From Dimorphilus gyrociliatus (lineage: Eukaryota; Animalia; Annelida), in NCBI GenBank assembly GCA_904063045.1, contig CAJFCJ010000008.1, forward strand, positions 620,001 to 684,000: a DNA stretch of 64,000 nt, given 5' to 3'. Of this stretch, positions 28,682 to 43,924 are shown one piece after another (position 1 is the stretch's first letter; every line of letters starts with the position of its first letter). A program made the position numbers and the translations under genes. A model generated the notes under the pieces. It was not told where the DNA came from. It saw nothing but the letters and a program-made list of their open reading frames with translations, and ran no database searches.

Positions 28682-30421
28682 TCAATCCAGCAGACCGGCT
28701 TTTTTAAGAACATATTTACCAATCTCAGCGAACATTCCTTTAGATTTTAATAATACATCTAAATTCTTATATTCACTTGGATTTGGGTGTGTCCAATGAA
28801 AAGCGTAAACGTCATTTCTCCAATCTTTTATAGTTCCACTGTTTACGTGATCGTTTGTTTCGTTATGATAATCTTTTACATAAATAGGATGGCATCTTGA
28901 ATGGTAACAAATTACTTGTAAACGCCTATCAATTCTTAAAAGTTCGGGATATTTTTCAAGTAGTTTATAAGGTTCCATAACTCCTGTAAATCCATGTAGG
29001 TGATTATGTAGCTCATGCATAGAATCCCTAAAGATGTGCCAAAATTTTCCGCCTTTCTTTCCATATGATAAACCAAAGTTTACAGAATCTCTATAGGGCC
29101 ACGACCAATCTATCCAATCGAAAGATGCAACGGCTTCATAGCCACGATCCTCATACGTAGGTCCTCGTACCCAAATGGCATCTGTGTCTGTATAAATGCC
29201 ACCATATTTAATCATCAAATCGACTCTGATTATGTCACTCATCAAAGCCCTGTAATAATTTTGAATTTCTCCTCCATAAACAGTTCTGGGTGGGAGTCGT
29301 GTTATGAACTTTACTCTTGGATTTGACCTTATTTTTTGCCAATTCTCACCAACTGGCTCTATGTCGCCGTGAATATATAGAACATCAACGTTTACCACAT
29401 AGAGAACACTCAAGGCCGATAAAAAGAATACAAAATCCATTGGGCCCCCTCCTATCCAAATCATATGACCAATATTTGGTACAAGCTCGTTGTAATCAGG
29501 TTTAGGTTTACGAATTTCAGCAGTTCCATAGAAGAGTGTTCTACATAGACTACCAAATCTATTGTCAAGTTCCCAAATATCCATAGGCATAAGAGAGTCT
29601 AAAGAACCTCCTCTAACAGTTAAGCACATAGGCGTATCATCGCCATTATAAATATGTTGTACAGTAGCACACTTTAAAGTTTTTGTTTTCAATTCTCTAT
29701 TATGCAAAAGTTCTTTCCATTCTGAAGCTTCTTTAAGGATATTGCCTCTCAGCATGATCATTCCTTCGAGAGAATCCTCTTCCAGAGCGAAAATGAAGTC
29801 GTTTAGCCTTGTCTTTGGTTCAAAGTTAACTAACCAAGTGTCTTGTCCAACATAAATACCTCCTTCTTCCTTCAGCATATTCATTATTATACCTATTCTT
29901 TCATCTATTGGAACACGTTCATTGCAAACTCGTTCCTGGTCAGGTGTGAATTTTTGCATAGTAAAGAAAATCTCGTCAGTCTTAATCCACTGCAACCACT
30001 GATGATATCTTAGTTTATCAATACCAGGTTCTTTTGAATAATGCATCACCACTCTATCAGGCTTTAAAATTCTCGATATACTTTTAACAGTCAAATAATG
30101 TTTATATTCTACCCATTTTTGACCGCACCATATTAGATGAGCTTGAGGTGGGACTAAGCCCGGAAGAAGTGCCTCTTCGTGATTCCAATCAAAAGCTAAG
30201 GCTGTTGGTTTTACAGGCTTAGGAGTTCCCTTGAATTTCGTATCAGGCTGAGACGTGGCGGCTATTTCCGTTTTAATAGCAGATATTTTCCCTTTCGAAA
30301 CACTTTCAAACTGTCTGACTCGTTTGACATTTGAAGGAGTTCTTAAAAATGTAAAAAGTAACGCCAGAAGAACAATAGCTATGCAAGTAATTAATAATTT
30401 AGTTAAGTTAATTCTTAACAT
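28682..30421 (-). CDS. Type II membrane DXD glycosyltransferase (GT32/alpha-1,4-GT-like) with two tandem catalytic-like domains; single exon
   Basis: First ATG at 30421 (the track start at 30442 is TTG); N-terminal TM anchor; domain 1 VPPQAHLIWCG...GGIYVGQD; domain 2 VPNIGHMIWIGG...SDIIRVDLMIKYGGIYTDTDAI. Confidence 0.8.
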   Translation of the reverse strand: MLRINLTKLLITCIAIVLLALLFTFLRTPSNVKRVRQFESVSKGKISAIKTEIAATSQPDTKFKGTPKPVKPTALAFDWNHEEALLPGLVPPQAHLIWCGQKWVEYKHYLTVKSISRILKPDRVVMHYSKEPGIDKLRYHQWLQWIKTDEIFFTMQKFTPDQERVCNERVPIDERIGIIMNMLKEEGGIYVGQDTWLVNFEPKTRLNDFIFALEEDSLEGMIMLRGNILKEASEWKELLHNRELKTKTLKCATVQHIYNGDDTPMCLTVRGGSLDSLMPMDIWELDNRFGSLCRTLFYGTAEIRKPKPDYNELVPNIGHMIWIGGGPMDFVFFLSALSVLYVVNVDVLYIHGDIEPVGENWQKIRSNPRVKFITRLPPRTVYGGEIQNYYRALMSDIIRVDLMIKYGGIYTDTDAIWVRGPTYEDRGYEAVASFDWIDWSWPYRDSVNFGLSYGKKGGKFWHIFRDSMHELHNHLHGFTGVMEPYKLLEKYPELLRIDRRLQVICYHSRCHPIYVKDYHNETNDHVNSGTIKDWRNDVYAFHWTHPNPSEYKNLDVLLKSKGMFAEIGKYVLKKAGLLD

Positions 30422-31306
30422 GCTTGAAAATCCGGTCGCCAATGAAGGGTTGGCCCTACTTTGATATTGTAATATTGAAGTAGATCACGCTTCCTTTTGC
30501 TGTCTAGCGAAGCGTGACACTATATATTCTCACGACACAAATTCTATATTTAAACGATTACAGTCTCTTTTTTTTTCTTTTAACAGTCGAAGTTTATGTA
30601 TTCAGATAGCACAATCAGTTTGCATAGAGTTCCATCACATTTATGTACAATCACAATCGAAAAAAGTTATTGCTAAAAAATAGAAAAAAACAAGCAGGTC
30701 ACTTCAACGAATTAACTTCTTTTTATCAATAACAATAACGATGTTTGTAAACTTTATTAAAAAGGCGAAAAACCTTAATTATATACTTTTTATTACCCTC
30801 CCGTTTTTTTCATTTTTTTTTTTTGAAAAAAATTGAATGAGATCGAAAGTAAAAACAAATATACCGCAGCATCATAGATAACATATACTAGATATTCGAT
30901 ATTTGGCATTATTTGTTTTTTTTTAAAAAAAAAAATCTCTTATAAAACATATTTCCCCTCTTCTCAAAAATTATAAAATAGAAACAATGATATGTAAGAA
31001 AAATGTCATTCAACAATAAGGCTTGATGTGATTATTTGTTTATCCAAAACAAATCCAAAAAAAAGGGAAAGTTTCTTCATCAATTTTTTTGTTGTTTATC
31101 CTTCGTTTCTTTCAAAAGGAAATATCTAGTACATTTTATCTATGGTAATGTACATTCGTGTAACATTTGATAGGTGTAAATGCAACGCAAATGTCTTAGA
31201 AATAAATATTAACATTGAACAAAACTGATATGTAATTAATCCTATGTGTAGGAATTGAACGAAATAGACACCGCAACAAACACTTTTCTTTCGATTCATA
31301 TCTCTT

Positions 31307-33687
<2,381 letters not shown>

Positions 33688-34027
33688 TTTTTCCTTGTGT
33701 TAGTGAGCCGTCATCGTGGAAGGGTCGAAATCGTTCGAAATAATCCTCTCCTGGTGAACGGCGGTACGAAACTGAGTATAAAGAGTCTCGTCCTGCTAGT
33801 TTCGCATCAATTTTAGTTGTGTTCCACAAATTCTACAAAATTATCTTAAATATTTTTCTAATGACTAACTACCATAAAATCCCGCCGTTCTTAATTGAAT
33901 TCAGTAATTAAACGCATTAATTAAATCTACTTTTATTGGCTGCGCGAGGGGAATTCTCGACGAATCAGCGATGAGCTTACATACCTATTGGGGATTCCGT
34001 AGAGACAGCGACGCTATACAAAGATAA

Positions 34028-34885
34028 ATGAGGAGATCTGCTAGAGGTGGTTCTAGAGGGAAGAAAAGTGATGGAAAAGGTTCTCGACCGACAACATCCC
34101 AAAGTGAAAGAGAGGAATTACAAGATGAGAGTGGAAATATTGCATGGCGATGTGCTATTGAAGGAAAAGCCGAAAGGTTAAATAGGTGTTTTGAAAATTC
34201 AGAAGATCCATATCACGAAAAAATTGAAGAAATGATGGGTTTGCGTGACGATGACGAAGGAAAAACACCGTTAGATATAGCGTCAATTCTTGGTCGAGAT
34301 AAAGTGGTTGGGGAAATAATTTATAGAAATTTTGATGTAAACTGCAAAATGGAAAAAAGTTTTTACACATCGCTACATTTAGCAGCAGCTTGGGGAAGTA
34401 TAAAATGTGTAAAGCAATTAGTTGAAGCAGGAGCTGATTTACACCACAAAAACTCAGCTGGCGAAAGAGCCCGAGAAATTGCACTAAGATATTCGCAAAC
34501 GGAATGTGTTGATTATCTTGATTGGGCCGAAGCCAAACAAGACCTACTGTTATGTATTGAGCGTATGCGAGCAACTTTAGGTGACAATGAAAAGGTTCAA
34601 GGTAAATTAACAAGAGATGATAAAAATATAGCGAATGGAGCTTGTAACGAGAAACAGGTCTGGGTTGATGGATCACCCAATGCTACAACCAAAGATTATA
34701 TAGCAATGAAACACGATCTTGATGAAATTTTAACTCCAATATGGGAAAAAATTAATAATCCAAGTAAGGAATTTTTATTTCTTCATTAATTCACAAAATT
34801 ATTTTCTATCTATCTATAATTTTCAATACATAAATAAAAATTTCTATTTACAGTATTGCAACCGGTAAGCCGCATCCGTAATTAA
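34028..34885 (+). CDS. ANKRD45: Ankyrin repeat protein, ANKRD45-like
   Basis: GKTPLDIASILG and YTSLHLAAAWG ankyrin repeats, followed by ALRYSQTECVDYLDWAEA and a helical tail as remembered for ANKRD45. The short last exon (34854-34885) is tentative. Confidence 0.82.
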
Positions 34886-35314
34886 TTAAACATTTGTTGA
34901 TTTTAATACTCTTACTGTAATAGCTTTTGCACGAATGAAGTAAATTTTTTTTAATATATAGTTAATGCATGCTATTTTTTTTATGAACAAAGCATTGGAT
35001 AAGGGAACTGTTTTTTTTTTCTTGTAAAATGATCATTAAAACAAAGCAAAAAACCACATAGTTTTCTAGTAAATTTTTTAATTGTTAGTAATAATTATTT
35101 TTAAAAAACAGCCCCAGAAGGGAAAGAAGTAACTACTACAAGACCTTCAACACGGAATGAATCATCACAAAACAAAAGCATCGACTAGGTGATGGCGGTG
35201 GTGGTTGATTATTTATGTCTCTTTTTTTTTGCAAATCCTACTGGATACGTAAAAAATTTTAAAAAATAAACATCTGAAACTTGTTTTTTTTTATATAAGA
35301 GATTGATATTGTAC

Positions 35315-37066
35315 TTATGTAACACCCCAACATAATTCATTTTGAGGCATTTTGACTACTCCCACTCCTCCGCCAAGTCTTCTATAGTTCATCTGGCCAC
35401 AATGTTTCCAACAGTTACTATCTGGATCGTATATTTCCATAGTTTTTAAATAAGTTGTGCCGTCGAATCCACCTATTGCCATTAATTGTCCATTGACAAC
35501 TGCAAGGCCAACTCCGCTTCTTCTCGATGACATAGCTACCACTGGCTGCCACGTTTCTGTGGACGGATTATATCTCTCTGCTGAACTCAGTTCTGTACTA
35601 TCGTCCCTTCCTCCAACTGCATATATCATGTTATTATACACAGCTACACCTAAATGTTTCCTTCTGGTATGCATATTAGCAACATTTACCCATCTGTTTA
35701 TCGTTGGGTTATACTTTTCGACAGAGTTCAAAGGACTAGTTCCATCTGAACCGCCAACGGCATATAGAAAACCACCTAAGACAGCTACACCTACGCCCAG
35801 TCGTCTTGTTGTCATATTTGGCACTTTCGTCCATTTATTTAGTTTTGGTTCATACTTTTCAACAAAATTTAAGCAACTTACTCCATCTTGACCACCTACT
35901 GCGTAGAGTGCTCCATCTAAAACTGCAACTCCTACACTGGTTCTACAAGAGCTAGTTGGTGCTATATCAGATGACCATTGATCGGTTTGAGGGTCGTATC
36001 GTTCGATACTATTGAGATAACTTTGTCCGTCATGACCACCAACTGCGTATAATAGTGAATCTAAGACTGCTACGCCAACTCCGCATCTCCTTTTTGACAT
36101 TTGGGCAACCATTCTCCACTCTCTTGTGTGAGGATCATATCTCTCTACAGATGAGATTGCGTCACCACTGCACCACCCGCCAACCGCAAAGAGCACCTCC
36201 CCGCAACGAATGGGTTTCCTTGGTCTAGTTCTAGGACCTTGCATATGGGGTCTTTCCTGTGGCAGCAGTAAATAATTCTTGGCTTCATCAACAAGGTCTC
36301 GACATTGCTCATCCGTTTTAATAATAATTTCTGAGGAGATTGAAACTAAATATTTCGGGGTTAGTAAGGGCAGTCGAACATGCTGCAAAACTTGATAGAG
36401 ATATTGTTTCCTTTCATTTACATTATATCGAATCCAACCAAGAACAGCTTCATAAACCTGCTCTTCATTGATAACATTAAGTTCATCGGAGGAAATTATA
36501 TCTACTAATTGGTTAACTGGCAGTAGCATAAATTCTTCGCTATGCATAACCTCTTGAAAGTTGTGCTGTGTAAATTTGTCAGCTATCCTTAAAAGATCTC
36601 TGCACGAGTGAGTATCAGCAAAGGCTCGAATTCCGAGGCAATTAGAAGGGTCCAATTGCTTTTTAAGAAATTCACAGCAAACTTCTTGAATTTCTTGTAA
36701 TTGTAATAAACAAGCGGCGGGTAGTAAAGTTTGTACATTGGTTTCGTCAATTACAATTTGTCCAGTATAACAAAAGTCGATCAATAACTCCATTGCTTGT
36801 TCATCAATGTCTTTTATACTTACTTCGTCAGAGCTCTTTTCTGTTAAATCCGATGTAAACATAGCTCGAAAATAAGGTGAACACCCACATAGGACAATTC
36901 GATGAGCATAAATTTTTCTCCTTCCAACAACAAGAATTACGTCGCATAGTTCCTTATTGTTTCGGCGAACGACATTTATATTTTCCAGGAAATTCTTTGC
37001 GTGTTTGGACGATACATAGGGCATTTTTGCAGAACAAGGGTCTTCAATTGTATTTGATGTGTCCAT
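35315..37066 (-). CDS. KLHL20: Kelch-like protein 20 (BTB-BACK-6 Kelch)
   Basis: [62 protein letters not shown]; 1.75 kb uninterrupted ORF. A possible upstream coding micro-exon starts at ATG 37283. Confidence 0.95.
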   Translation of the reverse strand: MDTSNTIEDPCSAKMPYVSSKHAKNFLENINVVRRNNKELCDVILVVGRRKIYAHRIVLCGCSPYFRAMFTSDLTEKSSDEVSIKDIDEQAMELLIDFCYTGQIVIDETNVQTLLPAACLLQLQEIQEVCCEFLKKQLDPSNCLGIRAFADTHSCRDLLRIADKFTQHNFQEVMHSEEFMLLPVNQLVDIISSDELNVINEEQVYEAVLGWIRYNVNERKQYLYQVLQHVRLPLLTPKYLVSISSEIIIKTDEQCRDLVDEAKNYLLLPQERPHMQGPRTRPRKPIRCGEVLFAVGGWCSGDAISSVERYDPHTREWRMVAQMSKRRCGVGVAVLDSLLYAVGGHDGQSYLNSIERYDPQTDQWSSDIAPTSSCRTSVGVAVLDGALYAVGGQDGVSCLNFVEKYEPKLNKWTKVPNMTTRRLGVGVAVLGGFLYAVGGSDGTSPLNSVEKYNPTINRWVNVANMHTRRKHLGVAVYNNMIYAVGGRDDSTELSSAERYNPSTETWQPVVAMSSRRSGVGLAVVNGQLMAIGGFDGTTYLKTMEIYDPDSNCWKHCGQMNYRRLGGGVGVVKMPQNELCWGVT

Positions 37067-38889
37067 ATTGTCTAAATTTCTGTCCACAGGTATGGCTGAC
37101 AGCTGCAAATCTGTTCCATCGAAGAAAATTCTTAGCTATATAGAAAATCGTACAAAAATTCACTTTACCATGCCTACGGGCAATATCGGTGAAAAGCCGA
37201 TCTTCCATCGTCGCCATCGATTAATTAATAATCAATCAGATAAAGATGATAATTGAGAAAATCTTACAGATGCAAACGACCATGGCGAATTGTTTGTAGC
37301 TTAAAATACGGGTCTTACTAAAACATGTACAACAGTATGCAGAACTCATTCAAAAAAAATTGAGACATATATGTAAGCTTTCTAAATACAAGATACTGCT
37401 GCTCTGTTCAAAATTGACTTGAAAGAGAAAATTATGTTAAATTTAGTAAAAATTAAGACAAATAAGATTAAAATTGTCAATTCTAGCTATTTAATTAGAA
37501 TTTATATTCAAAAATAATTTTCAAAATATTAATCAAGTACTAGTGTTGTTATTTCCTAACTCTGAGCTTCTAACCTAAAAAACTACAAGTTTAAAGTTTA
37601 CTTCACTTATCAATCAGTGCTGATTTTTTTAGTAACAGTTTAAGCTTAATAAATAAATTAAATTGCTTACGCTAATAAATTAACATTAGGATTGTGGTGA
37701 TTATTGCAAAAATTTCTCCAATCAGACAATCGTCCAACCAAAATTTTAAAAATCAGGATTTCTTCATAATTTGACTGATATTATAAAATTGCATATTGAA
37801 ATTATAATGTTCTCCAGACCCGAAGCATACGAAAAACTTTGCTGGCGAAATTACTACACAGTATAACGAAACTGTATCTCGGCAGTAATTTTTTGGAAAG
37901 TTACACTTCTCCTCTTGATAGTGTTAAAAGCTGATAACCATAGATAGTTTAGATCTTATCATTCCTGAAAATTAAAATTGAGGGGATATGACTAGCTACA
38001 GGGCTAGTTTACGCATTCATAATCAGCGACATTCACTAGATGATTCATATGCATAATTTCTTCTTCCTACTCTTTTCTTGAGTATCAAACTGAAAAATAA
38101 ATTGAAACATCGTGAAAAAGAACCTTATCCGAAAGTATTAGCAGAACATCAAGGAATGATTTCAAAATGGCAATTAGAATAGAAGTAACAGGATAAGGTA
38201 TTAGAACTGCAAAAGGTGCATTGAGTATAGAGACTTTCGGGTTATCGATCTTTAAAATTCCGGCTATCAAAGCCTAATCTAATTAGAAATAGAAAGTCAA
38301 GTGGTTGATTCACAATCGACAACGGCCATTAATTACTAACTATAGAGTGTCTTGACGTAGTTTTAATAAAGAGGTCACAATTAGAATATTATTTCAAAAG
38401 CTGTAAATTTTTCTTCTAATGAAAATTCTTTGTTGAACAGAGAATAATAAAGATGGCAAATTTGCAGAAGTGTTGCAGAAGTTTATAAATTAATTATTTG
38501 CAGTGAAATTATGAAGCAATATTAATAAAGGGTTTGGGAATATAATCTATGTTTAAACAAAGGAAAAGAAATAATTGATATCTTATCTTTAAAATAGAAT
38601 AGCGTCTTTTTAAAATAAAAACATAAGTGTAGTACGTTGTTTATCTCTAACGTCACTGATTTCAATCAATAAAATTTAAAATTCAGGTTTTTGCATGTCA
38701 TCTAACGCTATCTTTGCAAGATATAGATAAGGTACGTTTGATCTATATAACAAAAGAAAGATAAACAATACAGTAATCTATGTAGTAAGTGAGAAGACAG
38801 GTGTAAAAATTTATAAACATTACATATTCATCATATTTGTTGTTTTTTATTCTTCAAACTGATTTTCTATATTCAGAAATGTATGAAAA

Positions 38890-39324
38890 TTAAAATTGTA
38901 TCATTTGCCCTTTTCTTTTCTTATCTCCACCAATTTCAAAATGTTTACATCTCTTTAGAGTGACCTGTTTCTTTCTATGACAACTTGTACACTCCATTTT
39001 CAGAACGATTTTTCTAGTTGTTTTTGCCTATCAAATATCAAAATATAGTTTATAAGTTTTAAAAAAAATGTCTATCCGTCTTACTTTCTTATGAAAAACT
39101 GGTTTTGTTTGCCCCCCATAGCCCTTTTGTTTTCGATCGTAACGTCTTGTTCCTGAAATAAACTGTCGTTAAACATACACAAAATGTAAAGTTTGTAAAC
39201 ATCTTTTACCTTGAGCTATGCCAGTAACCCTTCCTTTTTTGTACTGGGTTATTTTATGCAAAGTGTGCTTTCGGCAATTATTACCCTTGCAATAAGTTTT
39301 ACGTTGTTTGGGAATATTAACCAT
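38890..39324 (-). CDS. RPL36A: 60S ribosomal protein eL42 (RPL36A/L44), divergent; exons 39324-39210, 39152-39085, 39027-38890
   Basis: Manual splice gives 106 aa: [106 protein letters not shown]. Missed by the ORF track because the exons are short. Confidence 0.96.
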
Positions 39325-39506
39325 AATCTTTACACTTTGCTACGGAAGTTTGAAAAATGATAATTATCGTCCTTCACCATGGAACTATTTGAAAAAAGGC
39401 GCGCTCTATTGCCTATATGGAACGAAGTGAATCCTACATATAGTGATTATATTATCGCTCTATCAAATTGTAATTAATTGAATTTACTATAGTTTAAAGA
39501 AATAAT

Positions 39507-40362
39507 ATGTCCAAAAGATCAAAAAGATTAGCTGAGAAGAGTCACAGGGTATTTCATATGCCAACTCGTGACGAAGTTTGGGACAAGATAGATGAAATGA
39601 ATGAGAATGTATCCTCATCTTCCTCCTACTCTCATTTGAAACCCAACAATGGTATTTCTGATTTTATCAAAGAGTTAGTTGAAGTATTAGTTGAGCAGTA
39701 TTTCTATATATAAAAGTAAATATTAAATTTCAGGAGAAACCGATATAATCATGACCCCAATTTGGCTCCAGATAGCCCAAGCGACGATGAAATACTTGAG
39801 GAAACCTATTCTGACGAAAGAAAGATTCCGAAGGTAGCAATTATATTTTTTAGAAATGAATACAATCTAAAAATAACTGTAGAAAAAAAAGAAAAGACTT
39901 GTGGAAGTATCTGAAGGATCGAGTACCGAGGAGGAAATCATAATCTCTCAAAAAAAAAAGCACCTTCCAAAAATTGCTTCGGATGATAGCGATTCGCTTA
40001 CTGAACCCTTATTAAGTGATGACTATAAGGAACCAAAACATCAATTATTATTCCAAGGAGATACACTAGAAAGCTCATCTTCAAATGACTTCGATACTAT
40101 CCCAACTGCAGGGAAGAGAATTACAACACAAGTTTTCATAGACTCAGAAGAAGAGCCAACAGAACATTCAATAAATCGAGGAAGGCGTTTAAAAATAATG
40201 CAAAGTAGAAGAGAAAAGAAGCAGGAGAAATTTAAAGACTTTAAAAGAGAACGTCAAAGAACATTAAATAAGAAAACTCTAAAAGAAATGGAATTAACTG
40301 ATGAATCCGATTCAAGTGATGATAAGGAAATCATAGTACTCAGCGATAGTCCAGAATATTGA
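39507..40362 (+). CDS. Low-complexity acidic/basic nuclear-type protein, 3 exons, family unknown
   Basis: GT-AG introns (about 39674-39733 and 39834-39892) join three ORF segments in frame; S/D/E-rich with K/R clusters. Divergent from RPL36A, 183 bp between starts. Confidence 0.6.
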
Positions 40363-40873
40363 TGATAAAAAAAAATTAACAAACAAACAAACAAACAAAC
40401 GTAATTCAAGGAAGTTGTTACTATGCAAATTGTTGCTGTGGAATAATTGTATTATATATGCTTGCACAGTTCATATTGATATAATCGATATATTCAGAAA
40501 GTAATGATAACTTTGGGATTTTTTGACTTTTTTGTGAATTTGGATCAACTTAGACAAGATCTTATCTTTGCAGATAAATAAAATGAAGAATTTAAATAGA
40601 AATAATTGATAATTATTATAAAAAAAAGGTACGACTAAGTCTATGGGCTACCGAGCACAACGCTTCATTAGGACATTATTATCAGATATGGAAAAACTGA
40701 TTTATACTTCCATCTATTGACTTAAAACGGAGTTCTGTTGCGACATTAAAAGCAATCATAAAGAAAAATTGTGAAATCAAAATCGATTCCGAGAATTCTG
40801 GAAGAAAGCGATGTCCATACGTGTTTTTTCATAACACGAGATAATTCTCAATTAACTGCAAATAGGGGGAAAT

Positions 40874-42142
40874 ATGATAAATTTATTGTATGATATTCGA
40901 CAAGGTAAGCGTAGACCACAAGAACTCTGCCGAGCTGAGAGAACAAGGCGGCTTTTCTCGTTGGATTTAGACAAGAATACAGATTTTGCGGCTGCTCATA
41001 ACTCAGGAATAAACACTTTAGACTTAGATGTCGATGAACAGCGATAGTAGCTATTTTTACATTTCTTTCTATTCTGATTGTATATTAAACCATTTTTTTG
41101 TTTATTTTTAAAAAATGAAAGCCTTCTATCTGGTTCAAATGATGGTAAAATAGCTGTGTTTGATACAAGGAGAGAAAAGCCGGACGATGAAGATGCCACC
41201 TATAAAAGTTTATTTACAATTAACAAGTCGAATAACAAAAAACATCATAAATTTAGTGTCACAACCGTTAAATGGTATCCATTCGATAATGGAATGTTTT
41301 TATCGTGTAGCTCCGATACATATCTGAAAATCTGGGATTCCAATAAATTAAAAGTTGCTGATGAATTTCAATTTCCCGGTCCAGTATACAAAATAGCTTT
41401 ATCATCTCATGCTAAGCAACATTCATTAATTGCCGTAGGATCATCAACTCACTCGGTTAGACTGATAGATATGAGATCTGGTAGTGCAAGTCATAAATTA
41501 CAGGGTCACACAGAACTTGTATCTGCTCTCAACTGGTCAAAAACTGATGAATTTATATTAGCCAGTGGATCTGATGATAATAGAATATTTATTTGGGATA
41601 TTCGAAGAGCAAAGAGTTGTATTTGCAGCTTAGATCAACATGATACGGACATTGGCACAGATTATTATACTTCCCACAAATCTCATACAGCTCATGGTGG
41701 TGCAATTAGCTGTGTTGAATTCTCAGATGACGGATTGTATTTGTCCAGTTTTGGCGTCGATAATAGACTGAGATTATGGTCGGCAATGACTGGAAAAAAT
41801 TTAATGATCAATTATGGTACTGTCAACTCAAATCCACAAGTTGAAATGTCTATTACTTCTCGATGCAATCCAAATCTAATATTCGTTCCGTCGGATAATA
41901 AAATACAAGTTTTCAACTTAATAACAGGGCAGCGTGTTAATACTTTAAAAGGACACTTTAACTGTGTTAATTGTACTTATCTGAATGACGATACATTAGA
42001 ATTATATAGTGGAGGAAATGATAGAAATATTATCTGCTGGAGTGATAGAAAATTTGAAAAAGACAAGCGTAAAGAGAAAAATCCAAAAAATTTCTTTTCC
42101 AGATCAGGAGTAAACGACGATTGGGATAGTGATAATGATTAA
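40874..42142 (+). CDS. ERCC8: Cockayne syndrome A WD40 protein, 2 exons
   Basis: Exon 1 ...RAERTRRLFSLDL...HNSGINTLDLDVDEQRY spliced to LLSGSNDG; VTTVKWYPFDNGMF, LIDMRSGSASHKLQGH, LASGSDD. Confidence 0.93.
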
Positions 42143-42795
42143 AAATAATTTATACAAATCTTGATAAATTTGTAAATATTATATAATCAAATTGTATATT
42201 TAACTCAGAATCTGAGGATAATATAATAGATCCTAAAGGATATAAATATAAACAAACAATATTTATATGCCTAAGATGAATATGATAAATTTAAGAAAAT
42301 AAGTCAGAAGATAGATCTCTTTTTTTTTAATTTTTCCTTTCATAAATTAAGATTTTCCAGAAAAAAAAATCACATATTTTTTTGCCACGGCACAAGAATA
42401 ATTTCTCTTACTTTTCGCCAAAAATAGAAAAAAATTAGTAATTTCTAAAAGGAATTTCATTGTTATTCCCGTTGATTAAATTAAGAAAAAGAATAAACTC
42501 AAAAAGCTTTGATACCATTACAGTTTTTTATATAAAATTTTAAAACAGAAAACAAATTCTCAGTACTCTTTTTTTCATTGAGATAATCAACGGAGAGATG
42601 GAAGTGAGAAAAAAGTTTCTGTAAAAAAATTCTAATATAACCGTTTGTATTCATTCATATTATTATTTGCGATGTTGTTATTGTTTTTAATGAGTTTCCT
42701 TCCAATTCTGTTTATAAAACACAAAAAAAAACAAAAAAAGGAAATTAAACACAGATCTAATAATTAATGAAAAAAAAAGCTATATATAAAATTTT

Positions 42796-43549
42796 ACCCA
42801 GGTTTGACCACCTTCTTCGGTTACCCTTGTAATATCTTTTTTCGGTATTCTTTCTTCAGTATCGTATTTCTTTACAATGATTCTATCTTTCTTGTCTGAT
42901 CCAGTTATATCTCCGTATCCCTATAGAATTATTAAACAACGTCATATTTTTAAAATATTCTCCATTACGTATGATAACTCTATTTTAATTTTATTATTTA
43001 CTGTCATTGCGTTCCATTTTTGTAGGTTTAATATGGTGGAGCCTGACGGTGGGTATATGTGACTTAATCCTCCATGTCCTCCCACTAAGAAAACAATATT
43101 AATTTAAGAAAATGCCTAGATTTGTGCTACTTTTTTATATGTTTTTTTTTGCACACATTAGGCCTATTCCTCTTTTGCCTAGATGTTAAAAGTTAATAAA
43201 TTAAATATATTATTTAATTAACACTACCTGGTGTATATTCATTCTTCCAGTAATTAGTTTTATTACTGTTTTGTAAGGAGACATCATCTTTGTCTTCCCG
43301 TTTTTCCTTATAATACACAACTGCCCAAACAATTAGACATATCAAGCACAGAACTGACAAGATAGCCAGAGTTATAATTGCTGTAAGAAGCCAATTCCAT
43401 AGTTGTTCACTGACTTTCGGGCCTGTTTCGTAATACTTCTTAAAATATGATGACTGAGGAAAATTTGTTTCATTTTCATCAGCCATTACTCTATACACTA
43501 ATATAATTTGGGAGCTTAAAAGGAAGATAACGTGAACATAGTTCATCAT
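42796..43549 (-). CDS. Orphan single-pass (type I) membrane protein; 3' end uncertain
   Basis: Signal-like N-terminus, short ectodomain with an NET sequon, strong TM (WLLTAIITLAILSVLCLICLIVWAVVYY). Downstream GT-AG exons near 43088-42969 and 42920-42796 keep frame. Confidence 0.55.
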
Positions 43550-43924
43550 CTCTATCTATTTGATGTAGTCACAGCGCACTCCTTAATCTACTTGACACTG
43601 TCTACTACCTTTCAATTCAATAGTCGTTATGACAATTCAAGCAGTTTTCGACCTCTCTCTGATTGGACTCTCTAATTTGAATTTAAGAGTAATAAAGAGG
43701 AACTCGAATCAAGCCTATATAGCTATATAATACTTAATTAGTTCTTTTCAAATATACATATACAATATAGTATATGTATACATCTATAGTATGTACTCAA
43801 GTAAAAACGGATAAAAAATAAACAAACATATTAAAAATCTTTTTTTCTGCTCTTAAAAATCCTGTCCATCAACTATCCTTCCCAATCAAATATTGCTCAT
43901 TTTAATAATGTTTTATTGAATGCC

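Noticed and set aside
34155-34676. 173-aa minus-strand ORF
   Set aside because: Antisense shadow of ANKRD45.
35457-35891. 144-aa plus-strand ORF
   Set aside because: Antisense shadow of KLHL20 Kelch repeats.
40400-40860. Short coding-looking frames upstream of ERCC8
   Set aside because: Under 45 codons, no coherent splice model and no recognisable family.
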